Shown here in pieces: positions 1 to 9,788 of a DNA stretch of 64,000 nt (position 1 is the first letter of the stretch; every line of letters begins with the position of its first letter). The notes beneath the pieces were generated by a model. It had not been told where the DNA came from, did no database searches, and saw only the letters and a program-made list of their open reading frames with translations. The DNA lies in contig CAYPDQ010000001.1 in assembly GCA_964409535.1 (NCBI GenBank), forward strand, positions 22,993 to 86,992, written 5' to 3'. The stretch is from an uncultured Candidatus Saccharibacteria bacterium (GTDB lineage Bacteria > Patescibacteriota > Minisyncoccia > UBA6257 > 2-01-FULL-56-20). The translations under genes were made by a program, and so were the position numbers.

Positions 1-22
1 CTCACCGTGAGCAGGGCTACTT

Positions 23-1270
23 TTATTCGAGATTTACCGGAAAGTAAAATTCAATCCCCTTCTCAATTAAAGAGCGGTTATTGGCCAAAATTTCTTTCTT
101 GAAGTTCCACGCCAAGACGTAATAAACGTCCGGTGGCTCACTAAGCTCTTTCTCTATCACAATCGGGATATGCGAACCCGGCGAATACAATCCGCGGCGC
201 AATTCGTTCTTCTCAACCAGACAATCCAGGTAGTCGGTGCCTATACCGAAGTAGTTAAGCAGGGTGTTGCCCTTGACCGGAGCGCCAAATCCGAATATCC
301 GCTTGCCTGCCTTTTTCGCCTCGCCAAGATATTCAAGATTTTTCTTTTTCATTTCTTTAATCTTCTCTGCAAATTTCAAGTAGGTAGAAAGTTCGCCCAC
401 CTTCGCCTTTTCCTCCTCTCCGATAAGCGTTAAAAGACGTGGCGACTTCTCCCTCGCGTTCTTATGAGTGGCGAAGCCAACAATGGATCCGCCGTGCACC
501 GGCGCAAGATAGGCGTCGAAGAGCGACAACTCGTGAAGATTAAGCAGCGTTTCCAGGTTTCTAAGGTTGTAGTAGAGCAAATGTTCATGATAGATCTGGT
601 CAAAAGCCAGATTTTCCAAGATCTTTTTCATATATAAAAACTGCACCACGAAGATGCCGTCCTCCGCCAAAACCTCTCTTACTCCGTCGGTCACGGAATG
701 AAGTTCTTCCAGATGGAAGAACACTCCTGCCGCGTTAATAACATTAAACTTCCGGCCGAGCTTTCTCGCCGATTCCAGATTGAAAAATGCATGGACGGTA
801 GGAATGCCCGCATCCATCGCCATTTTGGCCGGGGCCTCCGCTGACTCCACGCCCAAAACGTCGTAGCCAAGCTCCTTAAAGTGTTTGAGCTGGGTTCCAT
901 CGTTGGAACCGATATCCAATACTGACTTTCCCGGAGTATCCTTGAAGAACGTCCCGTCCACCTCTTCGGCTACCGACTTAAAGTGGTCACTTAACGTTTT
1001 GGTGACGCCGGAAAGGTAGGTATGCTCGCCAAACATAACCTCCTTGGGAACCGTATAATCAAGCTGAGGCGTCCGGCAGTCCATACAGAAAACAACCCGC
1101 AGGGGATAAAACGGTTCCTTGCCCACCTCTTCTCTCTTCAAAAAATGGTTGCCCCACGGCTGGAAACCGAGGTCCACCGCCGGCTCCAGCTTGGGAGAGC
1201 CACATACCCGGCATTCTTTTATGAGCCGTTCGGGGTCGCAGACGATGTTTTTGGTGATTGATTTTTCCAT
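23..1270 (-). CDS. NDP-hexose C-methyltransferase-like SAM-dependent methyltransferase
   Basis: N-terminal CxxC...CxxC zinc motif, DIGSNDG SAM motif, DQIYHEH, C-terminal FGAPVKGNTLL. Confidence 0.85.
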   Translation of the reverse strand: MEKSITKNIVCDPERLIKECRVCGSPKLEPAVDLGFQPWGNHFLKREEVGKEPFYPLRVVFCMDCRTPQLDYTVPKEVMFGEHTYLSGVTKTLSDHFKSVAEEVDGTFFKDTPGKSVLDIGSNDGTQLKHFKELGYDVLGVESAEAPAKMAMDAGIPTVHAFFNLESARKLGRKFNVINAAGVFFHLEELHSVTDGVREVLAEDGIFVVQFLYMKKILENLAFDQIYHEHLLYYNLRNLETLLNLHELSLFDAYLAPVHGGSIVGFATHKNAREKSPRLLTLIGEEEKAKVGELSTYLKFAEKIKEMKKKNLEYLGEAKKAGKRIFGFGAPVKGNTLLNYFGIGTDYLDCLVEKNELRRGLYSPGSHIPIVIEKELSEPPDVYYVLAWNFKKEILANNRSLIEKGIEFYFPVNLE

Positions 1271-1302
1271 ATATTTAGGGTATTTTCTATGAAAACATAT
1301 AT

Positions 1303-2364
1303 ATGCCTAAGTTGAAAGGTAAGACCATCCTCATAACCGGCGGAGCGGGCTTTATTGGGAGCAATGCAGTGGAATACTTCTTTAACAAGTACCCCAATTG
1401 CACTTTTATTGTACTGGACGCTTTGACCTACGCAGGTGATGTAAAAAACATCCCGCAAAACATTCGCAACAGTAAGAACTTCAGATTTTGGTACGGAAAC
1501 GTCAGGAACGCAAAGTTGGTCGAGCATTTGGTGTCCCAATCGGACATCATCATTCATTTCGCCGCCGAAACCCACGTTGCGAGGTCGATTTTTGACGACT
1601 TGAGCTTCTTCGAAACCGACGTCATGGGCACGCAAACCATCGCGAACGCCGTACTGCACAACAAGCGCAAAATTGAAAAATTCATCCACATCTCAACCAG
1701 CGAAGTGTACGGCACCGCGCTCACGCCAAAGATGGGCGAAAATCATCCCCTGAACCCTCAAAGCCCCTACGCCGCCGCCAAGGCCGGCGCCGACCGCCTT
1801 GTCTATTCGTACTTGAGCACCTACCGAATACCGGCCGTGATCGTCAGGCCTTTCAATATATTCGGACCGCGCCAGCATTTGGAAAAATTGATTCCCCGCT
1901 TCGTCACCAGCTGCATTTTAAACGAACCCCTGACTATTCACGGGAGCGGTAAAAGCAGCCGGGACTTCACTTACGTTGAGGACTTGATAAGAGCCCTGGA
2001 TGCCGTCGTAACCGCGCCGGACAAGAAGGTTTTGGGCCAGGTTTTCAACGTAGGTTCCGGTAAAAGCTATTCGATCCGTCAAATCGCAAACCTCATCATT
2101 AAGGTTATAAACAACAGGAGCAGGCATATCAGGTACAGTCAATCCAGTATGAATATCGGCGACCGGCCAGGGCAAGTTTTCCGCCACACTGCAGACAACA
2201 GGAAGATCGGGAAGATATTGGGCTGGCACCCACGCGTTGACTTCAAAGAAGGACTGATCCGAACTATCGATTGGTATACGAGAAACGATGAGTGGTGGCG
2301 CGATAAGATATGGATGCGCCACGTGCCGATCGAAACCGAGGAAGGAAAGACGGAGATGCATTAG
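1303..2364 (+). CDS. rfbB: dTDP-glucose 4,6-dehydratase-like SDR
   Basis: TGGAGFIG, DALTYAG, HFAAETHV, YAAAK. Confidence 0.8.
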   Translation: MPKLKGKTILITGGAGFIGSNAVEYFFNKYPNCTFIVLDALTYAGDVKNIPQNIRNSKNFRFWYGNVRNAKLVEHLVSQSDIIIHFAAETHVARSIFDDLSFFETDVMGTQTIANAVLHNKRKIEKFIHISTSEVYGTALTPKMGENHPLNPQSPYAAAKAGADRLVYSYLSTYRIPAVIVRPFNIFGPRQHLEKLIPRFVTSCILNEPLTIHGSGKSSRDFTYVEDLIRALDAVVTAPDKKVLGQVFNVGSGKSYSIRQIANLIIKVINNRSRHIRYSQSSMNIGDRPGQVFRHTADNRKIGKILGWHPRVDFKEGLIRTIDWYTRNDEWWRDKIWMRHVPIETEEGKTEMH

Positions 2365-2387
2365 TCCGAGCAAGTCCCGGCCAGAAA

Positions 2388-3623
2388 ATGGGTCCTTCTC
2401 TTAAAAATAAAAAGTTTGTGGCGGGAAAAGATTGGATCTGGTACGCGCCGAACGGCGAGGACGCATTCGGTGATCCTGAAATAAGAGCCGTAACAGATAC
2501 CTTGAAAAAAGGGTGGCTTACAGTCGGAAGAGTAACGGCAGAATTCGAAAACAAAATCGCCCGCCTTTTTGGAAAGAAATACGGCCTTTTTACGAATTCC
2601 GGCTCCTCTGCAAATCTCTTGGCTTTTGCAGTCAGTGGATTTCCAAGGGGCAGCGAGGTGATCACTCCGGCGTGCAACTTCAACACGACAGTGGCGCCAA
2701 TCGTCCAAATGGGCCTGGTACCGGTATTCGTGGACGTAGAAATGGGAAGATACGTGATAGACCCTTCCGTGCTCAAGAAAGCTTTGTCCAAAAGAACCGT
2801 AGCGGTAATGGCGCCGCATCTCATTGGCAACTTCGTTGATCTTCAAAAAATCCGGTCTTTCACAAAGAGGCACGGTTTGGTTTTCATTGAAGACAGCTGC
2901 GACACCATCGGCGGCCTTTTCGACCGCAAAAGATCGGGTGCCTGGAGCGACATCACTACTACAAGTTTCTACGCTTCCCACATAATCACAACCGGCGGCG
3001 CTGGCGGAATGCTGATGACCAACGATAGGAATATAAGAGAAAGGGCCCGTGTTTTAAGGGATTGGGGAAGGGGGATTTCCCGGCACGACGAGAAAATCCG
3101 CTCTCGTCTTTCCACTTTCAGGATTGACGGGAAGCCATACGACAGCGCTTTCGTGTTCGTTGAGCAGGGCTATAATTTCAAACCTACGGAAATGCAAGCT
3201 GCCTTCGGACTGCAGCAACTAAGCCGTTTGTCTAAATTCGCCGGGATTCGCCGCCGTAACTTTAAAAAACTCTTCAACTTCTTCAAGCGGTTTGAAAATT
3301 ACTTTGTGCTGCCGCAAGAAACCCTCAATACCAAAACGAATTGGTTGGCCTTCCCCTTGACGGTAAGAAAATCAGCACCCTTCAAGCGGAACGAAATCGT
3401 CAAATACCTGGAAGACCGCAAAATTCAAACCCGCCCTCTTTTCTCGGGAAATATATTGAAACACCCGGCGTACAGGAACATAAAGCACCGAAGGGTAGGC
3501 AACCTGGAGAATTCGCAGTACATTCTTGAACAATCGTTTTTGATCGGTTTGCACCATGGCCTGAACGACAAAATGCTGGGGTATATGTTTGAGGTGTTCG
3601 ATAATTTTCTAAGTATAAAGTAA
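2388..3623 (+). CDS. DegT-fold PLP/PMP enzyme, RfbH/ColD-type 3-dehydratase
   Basis: NSGSSAN, EDSCD, SFYASH with His at the usual Schiff-base Lys position; start chosen at ATG 2388. Confidence 0.75.
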   Translation: MGPSLKNKKFVAGKDWIWYAPNGEDAFGDPEIRAVTDTLKKGWLTVGRVTAEFENKIARLFGKKYGLFTNSGSSANLLAFAVSGFPRGSEVITPACNFNTTVAPIVQMGLVPVFVDVEMGRYVIDPSVLKKALSKRTVAVMAPHLIGNFVDLQKIRSFTKRHGLVFIEDSCDTIGGLFDRKRSGAWSDITTTSFYASHIITTGGAGGMLMTNDRNIRERARVLRDWGRGISRHDEKIRSRLSTFRIDGKPYDSAFVFVEQGYNFKPTEMQAAFGLQQLSRLSKFAGIRRRNFKKLFNFFKRFENYFVLPQETLNTKTNWLAFPLTVRKSAPFKRNEIVKYLEDRKIQTRPLFSGNILKHPAYRNIKHRRVGNLENSQYILEQSFLIGLHHGLNDKMLGYMFEVFDNFLSIK

Positions 3624-3628
3624 ACAAG

Positions 3629-4561
3629 GTGAAAAAAATCCTGATAACAGGTGGGGCTGGTTTCGTCGGTTCCAACTTCGTTCACGCCCTTACCAAGTCG
3701 GGCGACGAGGTAAATTTAATTGTCAGACCCGAATCCGATCTTTGGCGGATAGAATCGGTCAAAAGCAAGTTGCAACTACACACCTTAGACCTGACCAAGG
3801 CCGAGGAGATAAAAGCATTCGTCGGCAACCTAAAACCGGAGATCATTCTGCATTTCGCAGCTTACGGAGCGTATCCCGGCAGGCCCGCTGACCCTCAAAC
3901 AATGATCTTGACGAACATATTAGGAACTGCAAACCTCTTGGAGGCGTGCGCGGAAACCGGATTTAAGTGCTTTATAAACACCGGCAGCAGTTCGGAATAC
4001 GGCGAAAAAGATCACCCAATTTCAGAAAAAGACTTGCTGGAACCGAACAACCTGTACGGGGTCAGTAAAGCCGCAGGCACCCTGTTCTGCCAGCTGATAG
4101 CAAGAAAAACTGGGTTGCCCATAATCACCGCGCGGCTTTTCTCTCCGTACGGTTATTTTGAAGAAGGCGGTCGTCTAATGCCGAACCTCGCTCAAGCCGC
4201 GCTTGGCGACAAAGAATTCAACGCTCTTTCCCCCGCCGCAGTGCGAGATTTCGTCTTCATAGAGGATGTTATAGATGCCTATATGAAAATGATTAATAGC
4301 CCAGATAGAATCAAGGGGCAGATTTTTAACATCGCATCCGGAAAGCAGTACTCTATCGCCGAGGTGGTCGCGGCAGTGGAAAAAATACTGAATAAGAAAA
4401 TACAAGTCACGTATGGGAAGGTGGAGGCAAAACAACGTGAGCCGAAAATGTGGGTTGCGGATATCTCTAAAGCAAGGGAGGTTCTCGGGTGGTCTCCCGC
4501 TCACTCCTTGGAAGACGGATTGCGCAAGTATATTACTTGGGCTGTCGAAACGAACTCATGA
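3629..4561 (+). CDS. NAD-dependent epimerase/reductase
   Basis: TGGAGFVG, GSSSEYG, YGVSK. Confidence 0.85.
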   Translation: MKKILITGGAGFVGSNFVHALTKSGDEVNLIVRPESDLWRIESVKSKLQLHTLDLTKAEEIKAFVGNLKPEIILHFAAYGAYPGRPADPQTMILTNILGTANLLEACAETGFKCFINTGSSSEYGEKDHPISEKDLLEPNNLYGVSKAAGTLFCQLIARKTGLPIITARLFSPYGYFEEGGRLMPNLAQAALGDKEFNALSPAAVRDFVFIEDVIDAYMKMINSPDRIKGQIFNIASGKQYSIAEVVAAVEKILNKKIQVTYGKVEAKQREPKMWVADISKAREVLGWSPAHSLEDGLRKYITWAVETNS

Positions 4562-5373
4562 TAAAAAAGGACCTGAAAAAGATCGCGAAAGAAGTAAGAC
4601 TGTCGGTCTTGGAGATGATCTCTCGCACGAAAACCGCGCACATAGGCAGCAGTTCCTCCGCTATAGAAATCTTAATCTCTCTATATTTTGAAGTACTAAA
4701 CGTTGATCCGGGCGATCCTTCGAATCCGAACCGGGATCGATTTATTTTGAGCAAAGGTCACGCCGCGGCCGGGCTCTACGCCACCCTGGCCGCAAAAGGA
4801 TTTATAGAAAAGGAGGATCTGAACAAGTACTACGCAAACGGCAGTTTTTTGCCCGGCCACGTAAGTCGGGGCAATATACCGGGAATTGAGGCGTCTACCG
4901 GCTCATTGGGGCACGGTCTGCCGATCGGAACCGGGATGGCGTGGCTGGCAAAAAAAGATGGTCGGCGACACCGCGTTTTCGTTCTCTTGAGCGATGGCGA
5001 ATGCGATGAGGGCTCTACTTGGGAAGCCGTTCTTTTTGCCGGACACCACAGATTAGATAACTTAGTCGCGATCATAGATTACAACAAGTGGCAATCGTTC
5101 GGACGAACCGAAGATATTTTGGATTTAGAACCGTTGGCAGAAAAATGGAGGGCTTTCAACTGGTCGGTCCGAGAAGTAGACGGGCACGATGTGGAAAGAA
5201 TCGTTTCGGTATTGAAGCAAGTCCCCTTTGAGGCATCTCGTCCCAGTGCCGTTATCGCTCACACGGTAAAGGGCAAGGGCTTGCCCTCTTTGGAGGACAA
5301 GCTGGAGTCGCATTACCTTTCCCCGTCCACTGAAGAAATCGAGAAAATCAAAGAAGAGCTTAACCGGCAATGA
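4558..5373 (+). CDS. Transketolase N-terminal (TPP-binding) subunit
   Basis: DRFILSKGHA, STGSLGHGL, SDGECDEG; ATG overlaps upstream stop. Confidence 0.9.
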   Translation: MIKKDLKKIAKEVRLSVLEMISRTKTAHIGSSSSAIEILISLYFEVLNVDPGDPSNPNRDRFILSKGHAAAGLYATLAAKGFIEKEDLNKYYANGSFLPGHVSRGNIPGIEASTGSLGHGLPIGTGMAWLAKKDGRRHRVFVLLSDGECDEGSTWEAVLFAGHHRLDNLVAIIDYNKWQSFGRTEDILDLEPLAEKWRAFNWSVREVDGHDVERIVSVLKQVPFEASRPSAVIAHTVKGKGLPSLEDKLESHYLSPSTEEIEKIKEELNRQ

Positions 5374-6299
5374 GAAAAGCGTTTGTCAGCGCATTAACCG
5401 AGTTGGCCAGGGATAATAAAGACGTCTTCCTTTTAACCGGGGACCTTGGTTTCTCCGTTTTCGAGGATTTTATAAAAATCTTTCCAGGCCAATATTTGAA
5501 CTGCGGTGTTGCCGAACAAAATATGGTCGGAATGGCTGCCGGCCTAGCCATGAACGGCAAGCATGTTTTCGTATATTCAATAGTTCCTTTCGCGACAATG
5601 AGACCTTTTGAGCAGATCAGGAACGACGTTTGCTTGCACAATTTGGGAGTGAAAATAGTAGGCGTGGGCGGCGGATACAGCTACGGCCAACTTGGCGCCA
5701 CGCACCACGCCCTGGAAGATATAGCTATCATGAAAACCCTGCCGAATATGAGGGTTTTCGTGCCGGCGGATCCCATTGAAACGGCCTTGGCCGTTCGCGC
5801 AATTGCCTTTGACGGTCAACCGGCGTACCTGCGGCTCGGCAAGAGCAAAGAGGAAAATCTACATCCAGCACCGTTTGAACTGCAAGTAGGCAAAGCTAAC
5901 GTACTAAGAAACGGCGGCGATTTGACTGTCATCGGCGCCGGGCCCATTCTGCGCAATGCGCTGGGGGCGGCAGAAATTTTATCCGGCCAAGGCATAAACT
6001 GCAGAGTAATTTCCATGACAACGGTGAAACCCTTGGATAAGGATGAGATTATAAGAAGCGCGGGTATGGGCCCTCTCGTCACGGTAGAAGAACATAGCAT
6101 CATCGGCGGCCTCGGAGAATCCGTCGCTGCCGTCCTGACAGAAGCAAATTTAAATTGCGGCTTCAAAAAAATAGGGGTGGAAGACAAATTTATGAAAGTA
6201 GTCGGCGATCAGGACTACCTGCGCGAGCAGAACAAGCTCGGTCCGAGACAACTGGCTGAATCAATATCCGCTTTCTACAATACTATTTCAAAGAAATGA
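5370..6299 (+). CDS. Transketolase C-terminal subunit
   Basis: GVAEQNM, GATHHALED, VEEHSIIGGLG. Confidence 0.9.
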   Translation: MRKAFVSALTELARDNKDVFLLTGDLGFSVFEDFIKIFPGQYLNCGVAEQNMVGMAAGLAMNGKHVFVYSIVPFATMRPFEQIRNDVCLHNLGVKIVGVGGGYSYGQLGATHHALEDIAIMKTLPNMRVFVPADPIETALAVRAIAFDGQPAYLRLGKSKEENLHPAPFELQVGKANVLRNGGDLTVIGAGPILRNALGAAEILSGQGINCRVISMTTVKPLDKDEIIRSAGMGPLVTVEEHSIIGGLGESVAAVLTEANLNCGFKKIGVEDKFMKVVGDQDYLREQNKLGPRQLAESISAFYNTISKK

Positions 6300-7258
6300 A
6301 TATTCTTCTTAGTATTTGCATTCCTACGTACAACCAAGTTGGTGAGTTGCGCGAGACCCTCAAAAGCCTCGTGCCCCAACTGAAGGAAGAAGTTGAAGTG
6401 GTAATCGGGGACGACAGTGATAACCTGGACTCCTCCGAAATGATCAAGAGAGAATTCAGCTCTTACCCGATCCGCCACTTCAAAAACGAAAAGCGTCTGG
6501 GTTTTGACAAGAATCTTCTATTCGTCACCGGCCAGGCGCGCGGCCGCTATATCTGGTGGTTCGGCGACGATGTTTTTGAACCAGATGCTCTATCTTATAT
6601 CTTGCCTGTCCTAAAACGGGATCCGGAGATATCTTTCCTATGGGTCAATTCCATCAACTCTTCTTCTTCGGGTCACCGCTTTCCCAGCCTGCCCTACACG
6701 AAAGACAAGATATGGCCGGACGGCAACGAGGTTCTAAAAGATGCTTCAAATCTTCTTGCTTTTGTCTCCGCGATTGTCTTTCGAAAGGAAGATATCGCTG
6801 ATCTAAACGTGGAAAAAATGGAAAAAATCGTGGATCTTGGGTTTATCAATCTTCACATCGTGCTTCATCTTCTTTCAAAGAAAAATAAATTTTATTGTGT
6901 CAGCAAGCCCTTGTTTGAAGTAAAACCTACCGCGCCCGGGATGCACAATTACAATCGTTTTCAAGTTTTGGGCATAAATTACTGTAAAGTTGCTTCCGCG
7001 TTCCGTGGTAAATTCGCTAGAAAATCAATGAGGGTTTTGCTGGCAAATAACTTTGGCCACGTGTGGCGCGGGGTGCTTGTGGGATGGCTGCGGGGATATG
7101 ACACGCCTCGCGGAAAAACCGGGGCGGTCTTAAGGTATTACTGGAGCTTTCCTGAAGCGTGGGCTGCAATGCTTCTCTTTTTGATGCCGAAGTTCGTAAC
7201 CCGGTTTTCGTATTTTTTCTATAAACGAATCCTGCGTCGGACCTATTCTACTGCTTGA
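6296..7258 (+). CDS. GT2 glycosyltransferase (RfbV-like)
   Basis: LSICIPTYN, GFDKNL, WWFGDD. Confidence 0.8.
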   Translation: MNILLSICIPTYNQVGELRETLKSLVPQLKEEVEVVIGDDSDNLDSSEMIKREFSSYPIRHFKNEKRLGFDKNLLFVTGQARGRYIWWFGDDVFEPDALSYILPVLKRDPEISFLWVNSINSSSSGHRFPSLPYTKDKIWPDGNEVLKDASNLLAFVSAIVFRKEDIADLNVEKMEKIVDLGFINLHIVLHLLSKKNKFYCVSKPLFEVKPTAPGMHNYNRFQVLGINYCKVASAFRGKFARKSMRVLLANNFGHVWRGVLVGWLRGYDTPRGKTGAVLRYYWSFPEAWAAMLLFLMPKFVTRFSYFFYKRILRRTYSTA

Positions 7259-7276
7259 AAAACCCCTTAGGGACGA

Positions 7277-8482
7277 TCACTTCGTCTCATACTGCTCCTC
7301 CACATAACCTTTGCGAAGCCAGGAGGGAAATCGGTATGTCCGCCCGAACCCGCCCATCTCTCTTATTATTTTCGGAATGACAAGGCTTCTGTGTTCCGTA
7401 CCAGAAAATAAACGCGCCTGATGTTCATGGTTTATACTAAGCAGATACTTTGAGCACCTTTTAACTTTGTTCAAATAATCCTCAACAACTTCCTTCCCCA
7501 TCTCAGGAAAGGAGTCCTGGTTAAAAACCAAACCATGCTTTTTGTTGCCGAATTCCCAATAGGGTAAGATGCGAATGGCCTTCCCCTCATCGGGTTCTCC
7601 GTACAGAACAAGCTTAGCGTCCGGCAGCGCTTTGATCAGATGCCACGCTGTCATCACATTCATAACCGGGAGATCAAAAAGAGAATAGTCCCGGAAGCCA
7701 AATCTATGCGCATATACTGCAACTTTACCCAGCCCACCTCCGATTTCCCCAACGGGGGTCTCACTCCCCACTATACTGCTAATTCTCCACGCTGCATAAA
7801 GAGATTGTAGGTCCCGGAATTCAAACAACCCGCTCCTTAGTTCCAATTTAAACAAACCCCCGTCAACCTCGGGCGGAGCGATTTTTATACTCAACTTCTT
7901 TTCTATCTTTTCCACCAACCAATCGGGGTCCGCGTAGATATTCTTCTTTGCAACGTATGGAATGACTGTTTCGTAGGGCAAAATATCCAACGCTTCGGCA
8001 AGCGAAACAAGTATATCTTTTATCAGCGCGGCTTCCCTCCTCCTCAAGTAAGAACTTTTTCTCAAACTCCGGTACTCGGCAACATTACCCGACACACCAT
8101 ATGTGGATTTCCACCGATGCATGTTAGAGAGATAATCCGCGAGAGATTGCGAATCTTCGTCAAGAAGTATTTTAAGCAGCTCACTATGGTACGTCTTCCT
8201 GTTATCGTCCCACGCATCCGGGTATGCTTTTTGTGGTGCATATTTCTCCTCATCCGAGGATGCCCTACGAAAGGCTCCTAAGATTCTCTCTGCTACGGCG
8301 CGGTCCCTCTCACTGGTGTTAAATATAGACACACTTAACTTGCCGTAAGGAAACCCTTCGGGCATAGGATGAAAAAAGAGGTTTCTGTCGTATCGGACGA
8401 AAAATCTTTTAAAGACCTTCATTAGAAGAAGAGGCATACCCCCTTCTTCCAATACGAACTTTATCCTTGAGAAAATTCCCAT
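7277..8482 (-). CDS. Putative sugar O-methyltransferase (paralog 1)
   Basis: EIGGGLG, FDLP, NQDSFPEM motifs; glycan-locus context. Confidence 0.6.
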   Translation of the reverse strand: MGIFSRIKFVLEEGGMPLLLMKVFKRFFVRYDRNLFFHPMPEGFPYGKLSVSIFNTSERDRAVAERILGAFRRASSDEEKYAPQKAYPDAWDDNRKTYHSELLKILLDEDSQSLADYLSNMHRWKSTYGVSGNVAEYRSLRKSSYLRRREAALIKDILVSLAEALDILPYETVIPYVAKKNIYADPDWLVEKIEKKLSIKIAPPEVDGGLFKLELRSGLFEFRDLQSLYAAWRISSIVGSETPVGEIGGGLGKVAVYAHRFGFRDYSLFDLPVMNVMTAWHLIKALPDAKLVLYGEPDEGKAIRILPYWEFGNKKHGLVFNQDSFPEMGKEVVEDYLNKVKRCSKYLLSINHEHQARLFSGTEHRSLVIPKIIREMGGFGRTYRFPSWLRKGYVEEQYETK

Positions 8483-8565
8483 TCCATAAATTAAAAGTCG
8501 AATTTATCCGGTTGTAAACCCATTATTTGCGAGCCATGGAGCGCTCTGATAGGATTTAGACGAAA

Positions 8566-9786
8566 GTGAAAGTACTTATCCAAGCAAAAAAAGCGATAAA
8601 CGAAGGAGGGTTGCCGCTCCTATTTGAAAAAATATGGCGGAAACTTCGAACGAGCTACCTGTACTACTTCGCTCCCGCTCACCAGATGCCGAAGGGCTTA
8701 CCTTCGGTACGCGTGGAATTCACAATAACGACGCCCGCCAAGGACGACGTTTTGATAGCAAAGAGAATACTGGCAGCTTTCCAGAAGGCATCTAAAGATG
8801 AGGGCGAACACGCAAATCTCCATAAGTCCGACAAGGATTCATGGGATAATATCGGGAACCAATACCATGCGGATTTCTACCGGATTCTATTTGCAAACGA
8901 TGCGTATCAGGTTGCTGATCGTCTGCGCAATATGCATTCGGACAAGTTGACGTTCGGAATATCGGGTGGTTCAACCGAGTACAATGATCTAATATCCAGC
9001 GCGAGGCTTAGAAGCGAAAAGGGGGTTATTGTAAAAGACATTCTTGTCTCTTTTGCCGAAACGTTAGGAATCTTGCCATACGAAACCAACGTACCGTATA
9101 TGGCAAAAAAGAACATTTATGCCGATTCCGACTGGCTCGTTGACGAAATCGAAAAGAAGATCGGTATCTCTATCATCCCGCCGGAAATCGACGGCGGGTT
9201 GTTCAAGCTCAGGCTAAAGAAAGGATTGTTTGATATGCGAGACCTTTGGTCTTTATATGCAGCCTGGCGTATCAGTCGGATTATCAAAACAAAATCCCGA
9301 GTATGCGAAATCGGTGCAGGCTTGGGCAAATCCGCTTTGTATGCAGACAGGTTCGGCTTTCGGGACTACGCCATTTTTGACCTGCCCATCATCAACGCCG
9401 TCCAAGCTTGGTATCTAATCAAGGCCCTGCCCAAAAGAGCCATTGTGCTCTATGGCGAAAAGCGCGACGAAAAAGATTCTATTAAAATAATGCCTTACTG
9501 GAAATTTATGGAAGGGACCGATTTCTACGAATTGGTGCTGAATGAAGATTCATTCCCCGAAATCGACCGAGAAGTAGTGGACAAGTACTTACAGAAAATG
9601 AAAGAGCGTGCAAGATACTTCTTGAGCATCAACCAGGAATTCGGAGCTCCTGCTTTTGCGGGTGCCAGTCAGAACCACCAAATTGTTCCACACAGGGTTG
9701 AAACTTCGGGTGGATATAAAAGAATCCACCGCTTTCCCTTCTGGCTAAGGAAGGGCTACGTAGAGGAACTGTATGAGATACCATAG
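8566..9786 (+). CDS. Putative sugar O-methyltransferase (paralog 2)
   Basis: EIGAGLG, FDLP, NEDSFPEI; clearly homologous to 7277..8482. Confidence 0.6.
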   Translation: MKVLIQAKKAINEGGLPLLFEKIWRKLRTSYLYYFAPAHQMPKGLPSVRVEFTITTPAKDDVLIAKRILAAFQKASKDEGEHANLHKSDKDSWDNIGNQYHADFYRILFANDAYQVADRLRNMHSDKLTFGISGGSTEYNDLISSARLRSEKGVIVKDILVSFAETLGILPYETNVPYMAKKNIYADSDWLVDEIEKKIGISIIPPEIDGGLFKLRLKKGLFDMRDLWSLYAAWRISRIIKTKSRVCEIGAGLGKSALYADRFGFRDYAIFDLPIINAVQAWYLIKALPKRAIVLYGEKRDEKDSIKIMPYWKFMEGTDFYELVLNEDSFPEIDREVVDKYLQKMKERARYFLSINQEFGAPAFAGASQNHQIVPHRVETSGGYKRIHRFPFWLRKGYVEELYEIP

Positions 9787-9788
9787 TA

